DNA of 32,000 nt from the NCBI RefSeq assembly GCF_000022265.1, contig NC_011979.1:810001-842000 (forward strand), given 5' to 3'. A model generated the notes under the pieces. The model was not told the origin of the DNA. It searched no databases and saw only the letters and a program-made list of their open reading frames with translations. Positions within the stretch are counted from its first letter, which is position 1; each line of letters starts with the position of its first letter. The position numbers and the translations under genes are program-made. This document shows, one piece after another, positions 26,254 through 32,000 of the stretch. The stretch is from Geotalea daltonii FRC-32. Its GTDB lineage: Bacteria; Desulfobacterota; Desulfuromonadia; Geobacterales; Geobacteraceae.

Positions 26254-26763
26254 ATGACCGACTATGAGCTGTGGCGGCAGGGAGTGGTGCAGATTACCAG
26301 GACAGTGGAGAATCTGCCAGCTACGGTGACTGCCCAGGCTAAATCTGCAATCCGGGAACTGCTGGACCTGAAATCGGCAATGCATGCTGTTGTGGAAAAA
26401 TCTGCCGGCGCATCAATCTGCGCAGCCTGTGGTGGAAAATGTTGCCGGTGCGGCAAGTACCACCTCTCTGCCGTGGATCTGGCTGCGTATCTGATGACGG
26501 GAAAGGACGTTTTTACGCCGAATTTTAGCGGCAATGGCTGCCTCTTCCTTAATCTCGACAGTTGTCTCATGTCACCTGAATATCGACCATTCAACTGCAT
26601 TACCTTTGTCTGCGAGTTGCTGGAAGACAATTTTACCGGGCAGGATAAAGATTCTTTCTATTCGATGGAACGTGAACTGCGGCTTCTATATCAGGAACTG
26701 CAGCAAATCTTCCCTGATCAAAGAATGCGCAAATCGGTTATGAGCTTCAATGACGCAGTGTGA
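26254..26763 (+). CDS. Cys-rich YkgJ/UPF0153-like putative Fe-S or zinc-binding protein
   Basis: It has the CAACGGKCCRCGKYH (CxxCGxxCC-type) motif and the second half-motif GCLFLNLDSCLMSPEYRPFNCITFVC. The track start (26164) would lie inside the rnpB terminator hairpin, so I use the in-frame ATG at 26254. No good SD is visible, so the start remains uncertain. Confidence 0.6.
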   Translation: MTDYELWRQGVVQITRTVENLPATVTAQAKSAIRELLDLKSAMHAVVEKSAGASICAACGGKCCRCGKYHLSAVDLAAYLMTGKDVFTPNFSGNGCLFLNLDSCLMSPEYRPFNCITFVCELLEDNFTGQDKDSFYSMERELRLLYQELQQIFPDQRMRKSVMSFNDAV

Positions 26764-26781
26764 TATCATGGAGGATTTTTT

Positions 26782-27117
26782 ATGACATCTGTAAACGACC
26801 TGGTCCTTGTTCATATAGACAACAAGCCGGGATTTTATGCACGTCTGGAAGACATTTCTCCCGATGCCAAGCCCGGATGGTGGAAGGTAAAGTTGCTTGT
26901 TCTGACCATACCGGTACAGATCTATACCTGGATTCTGGACGAAAGCCAGATAAATGGCGCACCTTTTACCATGGGGGGGACCCCCGTTCTGCTGGAAAAG
27001 GTAATTTTACCGGAACCGGACACCCGCCATGGCAATGAAGAGTCCGAAAGAAAAGATCCTGAGAAAAAAGGGGGAGCCAAGGTCGTATCGCTGATGGACC
27101 GAAAAAAAGAAAAATAA
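26782..27117 (+). CDS. Hypothetical protein (111 aa) with a basic/acidic low-complexity tail
   Basis: The ORF has GGAGGA about 10 nt upstream of the ATG. The N-terminal ~75 aa look globular (LVLVHIDNKPGFYARLEDISPDAKPGWWKVKLLVL...). The C-terminus is Lys/Glu-rich. I recognise no family. Confidence 0.5.
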   Translation: MTSVNDLVLVHIDNKPGFYARLEDISPDAKPGWWKVKLLVLTIPVQIYTWILDESQINGAPFTMGGTPVLLEKVILPEPDTRHGNEESERKDPEKKGGAKVVSLMDRKKEK

Positions 27118-27542
27118 AGAAGGCTTGTCCGCGCCGATGGTGGTCATGCCGCCTGTCTTGCATTCCTTGAAGTATTCATTATCAGAGTAGTTCCCACCTG
27201 TATTGTTTTTTCTTGCAGTGTTCCTGCTTGTGTCACGTGCGGCTAATTCTTTCCTGATAATTTCGAGTCTTTTGGCCCCCGGCTGTGTTGCGGCTCCTCG
27301 ACTTAGGCCCTGCTAAGCCTGCGTCGCCACGCCTTGCCGGGAACCAAAATCCCTCAAAATTTTTACAGAGACTAACCGCACGGGACACTTGTTACTACCT
27401 GTGCCGGTCAAAATCCCCGAGCCCACTTTCATTTAACTCCGGACCGGCATCTCGTTCAGCAGTTCCAGCGACAAAAATCCTGTCAAGGATCGGGAAAATA
27501 AGAGCTTTCTTATGTTTCCTTTTCGTCTGATCTTAACTGCCT

Positions 27543-27568
27543 AAAAAAACGGAAAAAATAGAAAAAAA
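27543..27568 (+). promoter_or_regulatory. Three phased A-tracts (UP-element-like, intrinsically curved DNA) upstream of the mraZ promoter
   Basis: A7 at 27543-27549, A6 at 27553-27558 and A7 at 27562-27568. The tract starts are 9-10 bp apart, and the last tract ends 17 bp before the -35 element. Confidence 0.5.
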
Positions 27569-27584
27569 TCATCCTAAATTTGCC

Positions 27585-27613
27585 TTGACAACCATCTTGA
27601 CCGCTAGTATAGT
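27585..27613 (+). promoter_or_regulatory. Putative sigma70 promoter of the dcw cluster (Pmra equivalent)
   Basis: TTGACA (27585-27590), a 17-nt spacer, then TATAGT (27608-27613). Confidence 0.6.
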
Positions 27614-27621
27614 TTCTCCGT

Positions 27622-27659
27622 AAAGTGGTAAAAAGTGGTAAGGCGTGGTAAAAAGTGCC
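27622..27659 (+). promoter_or_regulatory. Probable MraZ operator: GTGGT direct repeats at 10-bp periodicity
   Basis: The sequence is aaaGTGGTaaaaaGTGGTaaggcGTGGTaaaaaGTGcc. GTGG cores start at 27625, 27635 and 27645, with a degenerate fourth (GTGCC) at 27655. The repeats lie between the -10 element and the mraZ ATG (27669). Confidence 0.6.
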
Positions 27660-27668
27660 AGGGTGAAC

Positions 27669-28151
27669 ATGTTTAGAGGGAATTTCGAGACAAGCATTGA
27701 TGCTAAAGGGCGAACCAGTCTGCCTGCCAAATTCCGGGAGGTGCTCGTCGATTCGTTCGGTGATGAGCGCTTTTTCATGACGAACTCAAATCCGGTCAGG
27801 CTGGGAGACGGAGGCTACAGCTCCGGTCTCGTCATCTATCCCTATAACGAATGGCTTGCCCTGGAAGAAAAACTAAAGGTGGGTACCGGTCTCGGGCTAT
27901 CCTCTGCAGAACTTGCATCCGTGAAAAGAAGGATAGTCGCGCCAGCCGTTGAATGTGTTGCCGACAAGCTGGGGCGGATCCTCGTCCCCCCTCACTTGCG
28001 CAAGAGCGCTTGTCTGGAGCGGGAAATACTCTTTGTCGGCATGTTGAACAAAGCTGAGATCTGGAGCCAGGCCGAATGGGAGAAGGTATTCAGGCAGGAT
28101 ATCGAGAACTTCCCGATCGATTCGCCGGTATTGGCTGAGTTGGGGCTTTAG
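27669..28151 (+). CDS. mraZ: Division/cell wall cluster transcriptional regulator MraZ
   Basis: It has the canonical N-terminus MFRGNFETSIDAKGRTSLPAKFRE and a second SpoVT/AbrB-like repeat (DKLGRILVPPHLRK). The track start (GTG 27645) lies inside the repeats. The ATG at 27669, with AGGGTGA as SD, is preferred. Confidence 0.93.
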   Translation: MFRGNFETSIDAKGRTSLPAKFREVLVDSFGDERFFMTNSNPVRLGDGGYSSGLVIYPYNEWLALEEKLKVGTGLGLSSAELASVKRRIVAPAVECVADKLGRILVPPHLRKSACLEREILFVGMLNKAEIWSQAEWEKVFRQDIENFPIDSPVLAELGL

Positions 28152-29090
28152 GTGGCTGATTTTAAACATGTGTCTGTTCTCCCTGCAGAGGTTATTGCCT
28201 ATCTGGCACCACGACCAGGTGGGATATATGTGGACGGTACCCTTGGCGGGGCAGGGCACGCCCGCCTGATACTTGAAGCCTCCGCGCCCGATGGGTTGCT
28301 CATCGGATTCGATCAGGATGGGCAGGCATTGGCGTCTGCCGGTGAACGATTGGCACCATTCGGCAAAAGGGTGGTTCTTGTAAAAAGAAATTTTGCCTTT
28401 CTGGAAGAAGCGCTGGCAGAGATTGGGATAGAGGCGATTGACGGTTTTCTCCTGGATGTGGGGGTTTCGTCTCACCAGCTGGATACAGTCGAGCGGGGAT
28501 TCAGTTTTCAGCATGACGCTCCGCTGGACATGCGTATGGACCTGAGTGCCGAGACCACGGCTGCGGAACTGGTCAATACACTATCTGAAGAAGATTTGTG
28601 CCGTGTGATACGTGAATACGGGGAAGAGCGATGGGCAAAACGAATCGCAGCTTTCATAATCAAAAGGCGTGAAGAGACTCCCATAGCTACCACTTTACAG
28701 TTGGTAGACGTGATTAAAGCCGCCGTACCCAAGGGTGCCTGGGAAGTGCGCCTTCATCCGGCAACGCGGACCTTTCAGGCGCTTCGCATTGCCGTTAATG
28801 ACGAACTTGCCAGTCTGGAAAAAGGCCTGTCAGGTGGGGTCAGACTTTTGAAAAAAGGGGGAAGGGGAGTGGTGATATCGTTCCATTCATTGGAAGATCG
28901 CATTGCCAAAACAACCTTCCGATCCCTTGCTCAAGGTTGCAAATGCCCGCGGGAGATCCCTCGTTGCGTATGCGGCAATTTGCCACAGGTGAAGGTCCTG
29001 ACCGGCAAGCCGGTAGTTGCAAATGAAGTGGAAGTTTCTTCGAATCCCCGCTCGCGAAGCGCCAGACTCAGGGCCGTCGAAAAGATTTAG
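28152..29090 (+). CDS. rsmH: 16S rRNA (cytosine1402-N4)-methyltransferase RsmH (MraW)
   Basis: It contains HVSVLPAEV...[12 protein letters not shown]...[15 protein letters not shown]...RGFSF...PLDMRM...FHSLEDR..., the standard RsmH sequence. The GTG start directly follows the mraZ TAG. Confidence 0.95.
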   Translation: MADFKHVSVLPAEVIAYLAPRPGGIYVDGTLGGAGHARLILEASAPDGLLIGFDQDGQALASAGERLAPFGKRVVLVKRNFAFLEEALAEIGIEAIDGFLLDVGVSSHQLDTVERGFSFQHDAPLDMRMDLSAETTAAELVNTLSEEDLCRVIREYGEERWAKRIAAFIIKRREETPIATTLQLVDVIKAAVPKGAWEVRLHPATRTFQALRIAVNDELASLEKGLSGGVRLLKKGGRGVVISFHSLEDRIAKTTFRSLAQGCKCPREIPRCVCGNLPQVKVLTGKPVVANEVEVSSNPRSRSARLRAVEKI

Positions 29091-29111
29091 AAAATCAGGA
29101 GGTAACGGGAA

Positions 29112-29447
29112 ATGGAACATACCAAGGCAACGTTCAGCAAGGTAGCTGCACCGGTAAATACAGCCGCAGCCATCGATACGCGCTGGAATTCCTTCCCCTA
29201 TCTGGTTGCAGTGATGGTGATGGTGACTCTTGTTTCCGTATTCCATGTCTGGTCCAGGGTCAAAGTCATCGACCTTAACCTTGAGATTTCTGCAACAAAC
29301 CGCCTGTTCCAGGAGATGCAGCAGGAAAATAAAAGATTGAAAGTGGAAATTGCTTCACTGAAGACACCCGCGCGGATCGAGGCTCTTGCCAAGGGTGATC
29401 TCGGCATGGCGATGCCGACCGACCAGCAAGTGATTGTGATAAAATGA
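29112..29447 (+). CDS. ftsL: Cell division protein FtsL
   Basis: 111 aa, located between rsmH and ftsI. It has a single TM helix (FPYLVAVMVMVTLVSVFHVW) followed by a coiled coil (LFQEMQQENKRLKVEIASL) and the RIEALA motif. Its stop overlaps the ftsI start (ATGA). Confidence 0.8.
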   Translation: MEHTKATFSKVAAPVNTAAAIDTRWNSFPYLVAVMVMVTLVSVFHVWSRVKVIDLNLEISATNRLFQEMQQENKRLKVEIASLKTPARIEALAKGDLGMAMPTDQQVIVIK

Positions 29448-31417
29448 ATGATAAGAAGGAAAGATGGACAAGGATCCGTATTCGCATCATAGGTGCGGTT
29501 TTTGTCTCTATTTTCGTTCTGATTGCAGCAAGAGCGTTTTATCTGCAGGTAGTTAAAAAGGAATCCCTGGTAAAGCTGGCGGAAAAGCAGCATCAGCGGA
29601 TTGTGCCGCTGACGCCGGTACGAGGGGCGATTTTTGACAGCAACAATGCGCCTCTGGCGCTTTCTATCGAGATGGATTCCTGTTTTGCAGAACCGCGCAA
29701 TGTGGAAAACATTCCCGATGCGGCGGCAAAACTGGCGCCTCTATTGTCCATGCCCGCCGAACAGGTGGAGAAAAAGCTGAAAGGCAGCAGGAATTTCGTC
29801 TGGCTTCAGCGCCGGATGGCCCCTGATCAGGCTGCCGCAATCAAGGCACTTGCGTTGGAAGGCATAGGCTTTGTCAAGGAGAGCAAGCGTTTCTATCCGA
29901 ATTCGGAGATTGCTGCCCATGTGGTCGGCTTTACCGGGATGGATCCTGAAGGGTTGGAAGGGATCGAGCTGAAGTACGATTCTACCATTCTCGGCAGTAC
30001 CGGTTATCTGGTGACTGAGCGTGACGCCCTTGGCAGGGAGGTCTATAGCAAGGGGACCGTGGTTAAAAATCCAGCCAAGGGACAGAATGTTACCCTGACC
30101 CTGGACAAGAATATCCAGTATATAGCTGAAAAAGAACTGATCAAGGCGGTGGAGACAAATGGGGCAAAGGCGGGGATTGCACTGGTTATGGAACCTGCAA
30201 CAGGTCGCATATTGGCTATGGCCAACTACCCCAATTTCAACCCCAATACCTTCTCCAAGTATGCACAGCAGGCGCTGCGCAACAGGTCCATAGCCGACAG
30301 TTTCGAGCCGGGTTCGACCTTCAAGATATTTCTGGCTGCAACAGCATTGGAGCAAAAGGCGATCAGGCCCGGCGACGGGTTCAACTGCGAAAACGGCAGC
30401 TACAGCATCGGCGGCAGGACCATCCATGATACCCACAAGTACGGGTATCTGAGTATTGCGCAGATTCTCAAGTACTCTAGCAATATCGGAGCGGCCAAGA
30501 TTGGCGCAAGACTGGGCAATGATAAACTCTATGCCGGCCTCACCGGCTTCGGTTTCGGCGAAAAGACCGGCGTCGATCTGCCTGGCGAATCGAGCGGCAC
30601 CCTGCGCAACAAGAGCCAATGGTTCGGCGTCGATCTGGCCACAATTTCCTTCGGTCAAGGAGTTACCGCAACTCCTCTCCAGATTGCTACCGGAGTTTCG
30701 GCGGTAGCCAACGGGGGCCTGCTGATGAAGCCATACCTGGTGGAAAAGATCAGCGACGATAATGGCAACGTGGTGCGGAGCTTTGCGCCGGAGGTGAAAC
30801 GCCGGGTCATCTCCGAAGAAACGGCGAAAACTGTGGCCCGCATGCTGGAAGGAGTGGTTGCCGAAGGGGGAACGGGGGTCAATGCCGCTGTGGATGGTTA
30901 TCGTTCGGCCGGCAAAACCGGTACTGCCCAAAAGGTGGACCACCTGACGCGAGGATACTCGGCTGACAAGAGAACAGCTTCCTATGTCGGTTTCGTGCCG
31001 TTGGAAAAGCCGAGGCTGACAATCCTGGTAGTGGTTGATGAACCTAAGACAAGCTCTTATGGCGGAATTGTAGCCGCACCGGCCTTCAGCGCCATTGCCG
31101 AACAGTCCCTGTGCTATCTGAAGGTGCCAACCGATCATGCGTTGAAGAAAAAAGCAGAGCAGGTAGAGGTAAAATCAGCTCCTTCGGTCGAAACGGTTGA
31201 CGCCGTTGTGGACGGAGGCGTTGTCGCAGGGGCGGCAGGAGCCATAATGCCTAATTTCCGAGGCCTCAGCATGCGACAGGCACTGAAGGTAATGCAGCAA
31301 CGTGGCCTTAACGTGACGCTCAAGGGGAGCGGTCGCGCCGTAGAGCAGAATCCGATGCCGGGCAGTATTATCAGCGGAAACGATCGGGTCTGGGTCAGAT
31401 TTGTTCCCTCAGCCTGA
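29444..31417 (+). CDS. ftsI: Penicillin-binding protein 3 (FtsI, class B transpeptidase) with a C-terminal PASTA domain
   Basis: 657 aa. It has a TM anchor, a PBP dimerisation domain and the transpeptidase motifs STFK (GSTFKIF), SSN (YSSNIG) and KTG (AGKTGTAQ). The last ~56 aa (MPNFRGLSMRQALKVMQQRGLNVTLKGSGRAVEQNPMPGSIISGNDRVWVRF) fit the PASTA pattern. Confidence 0.92.
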   Translation: MNDKKERWTRIRIRIIGAVFVSIFVLIAARAFYLQVVKKESLVKLAEKQHQRIVPLTPVRGAIFDSNNAPLALSIEMDSCFAEPRNVENIPDAAAKLAPLLSMPAEQVEKKLKGSRNFVWLQRRMAPDQAAAIKALALEGIGFVKESKRFYPNSEIAAHVVGFTGMDPEGLEGIELKYDSTILGSTGYLVTERDALGREVYSKGTVVKNPAKGQNVTLTLDKNIQYIAEKELIKAVETNGAKAGIALVMEPATGRILAMANYPNFNPNTFSKYAQQALRNRSIADSFEPGSTFKIFLAATALEQKAIRPGDGFNCENGSYSIGGRTIHDTHKYGYLSIAQILKYSSNIGAAKIGARLGNDKLYAGLTGFGFGEKTGVDLPGESSGTLRNKSQWFGVDLATISFGQGVTATPLQIATGVSAVANGGLLMKPYLVEKISDDNGNVVRSFAPEVKRRVISEETAKTVARMLEGVVAEGGTGVNAAVDGYRSAGKTGTAQKVDHLTRGYSADKRTASYVGFVPLEKPRLTILVVVDEPKTSSYGGIVAAPAFSAIAEQSLCYLKVPTDHALKKKAEQVEVKSAPSVETVDAVVDGGVVAGAAGAIMPNFRGLSMRQALKVMQQRGLNVTLKGSGRAVEQNPMPGSIISGNDRVWVRFVPSA

Positions 31418-31438
31418 GTAAAAAACAACGGGTATCCC

Positions 31439-32000
31439 ATGCGACTTTCACAACTTGTTAAATCTGTCGCGGTTCTTGACATGGTCGGCGATGTCGACCC
31501 TGATATAACCGGACTGTTTTACGATTCCCGAAAGGTTCAGCCAGGCGGCTTGTTCTTCGCCCTGAAAGGGGTGGCAAGCGACGGCTATGCCTTTATTGAG
31601 GTAGCGGTAAAGGCCGGGGCAGTAGCAGTGGTCATCGAAGATGACCGGACTCCTGCCGATATTGCCTGGGTGAGGGTAGCTGACGGGCGGTTGGCGATGT
31701 CGCTGATGGCTGCCGCTTTTTATGCCAACCCCGCGGCAGGTTTGCCTGTTGTCGGTATTACCGGCACCAACGGCAAAACGACAACCACCTTTCTGCTGGA
31801 ATCCATCTTCGAAAAAGGCGGTTTGCCGGCTGCCGTGCTTGGTACCGTCAATTATCGCTTTGGAGATCTGTCCATCCCGGCCCCAAACACGACTCCGGAG
31901 TCGGTGGACCTGCAGCAGACCCTGAGAAAGCTGGTCGATGCAGGCGCAAAAGGGATCGTCATGGAGGTTTCCTCCCATGCCTTGCAGCAGCGTCGAATCG
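31439..32000 (+). CDS. murE: UDP-N-acetylmuramoyl-L-alanyl-D-glutamate--2,6-diaminopimelate ligase MurE (partial, N-terminal 187 codons)
   Basis: My translation from the ATG at 31439 reads MRLSQLVKSVAVLDMVGDVDPDITGLFYDSRKVQPGGLFFALKGVASDGYAFIE...VVGITGTNGKTTTTFLLESIF...MEVSSHALQQRRI. It has the Mur ligase P-loop and the expected dcw-cluster position. It is absent from the track because it runs off the window. Confidence 0.9.
   Translation, partial: MRLSQLVKSVAVLDMVGDVDPDITGLFYDSRKVQPGGLFFALKGVASDGYAFIEVAVKAGAVAVVIEDDRTPADIAWVRVADGRLAMSLMAAAFYANPAAGLPVVGITGTNGKTTTTFLLESIFEKGGLPAAVLGTVNYRFGDLSIPAPNTTPESVDLQQTLRKLVDAGAKGIVMEVSSHALQQRRI

Noticed and set aside
27332-27480. A possible degenerate CRISPR array, suggested by the 64-bp periodicity (similar to repeat plus spacer length).
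   Set aside because: There are only two good copies and one poor copy. The conserved part is about 20 nt rather than 28-37 nt. There is no palindromic repeat core or typical ATTGAAA(C/G)-type end, and there are no cas genes or leader in the window.
27285-27530. An 81-aa plus-strand ORF in the mraZ upstream tract.
   Set aside because: It has a GTG start without an SD, and the product is Pro/Ser/Arg-rich and low-complexity. It spans the 64-bp-spaced repeats. I treat the region as non-coding and list it as a finding.
29741-31138. A 465-aa ORF on the minus strand inside ftsI. Similar long antisense or out-of-frame ORFs in the track include 15258-16034(-), 15353-15853(-), 18284-19000(+), 10564-11232(-), 6969-7628(-), 22345-22887(-), 16341-16883(-), 27897-28514(-) and 31448-31978(-).
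   Set aside because: Each lies entirely within a confidently identified gene on the other strand or in another frame. Their translations are low-complexity (Arg/Gly/Pro/Ser-rich) with no recognisable motifs or RBS. These are typical shadow ORFs of moderately GC-rich coding DNA.

Overview
This looks like a core-chromosome window from a Geobacter-like (Desulfuromonadales) bacterium. That assignment is an inference from the PpcA/c7-type multihaem cytochromes and the overall gene content. I call about 33 protein genes, one tRNA(CAU) and the RNase P RNA.

Gene order:
- partial HD-GYP response regulator, Skp/OmpH-like chaperone, ABC-F ATPase
- divergent hypothetical and atypical SDR pair, CvfB-like S1 protein, cold-shock protein
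- very long Cache-MCP, CoA-binding protein, membrane protein, XerC-type recombinase, DUF362 Fe-S protein
- MltD-like lytic transglycosylase, TPR membrane protein, TypA/BipA, BamD, two small envelope proteins
- sucDC on the minus strand
- three-gene operon with two tandem hexahaem c7-type cytochromes and a small secreted protein
- THUMP RNA methyltransferase, tRNA(CAU), Nif3, Zn-ribbon coiled-coil protein, rnpB, YkgJ-like Cys-rich protein, a 111-aa unknown
- start of the dcw cluster (mraZ-rsmH-ftsL-ftsI-murE, with murE partial)

I see no transposases, phage genes, CRISPR array, toxin-antitoxin or recognisable defence genes, and I cannot honestly point to a clear novel multi-gene system.

The items most worth a second look are:
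- an orphan promoter-to-terminator unit of about 185 nt (structured RNA and/or a 20-codon sORF) at 11.63-11.85 kb
- a non-coding tract of about 550 bp upstream of mraZ, with a motif repeated at exact 64-bp spacing, phased A-tracts and GTGGT repeats at 10-bp periodicity (probable MraZ operator)
- the tandem hexahaem cytochrome operon with its very AT-rich, repeat-bearing control region
- a 64-heptad-size MCP
- the tight Nif3 / Zn-ribbon / rnpB linkage

Many long antisense ORFs in the supplied track are rejected as shadow ORFs.
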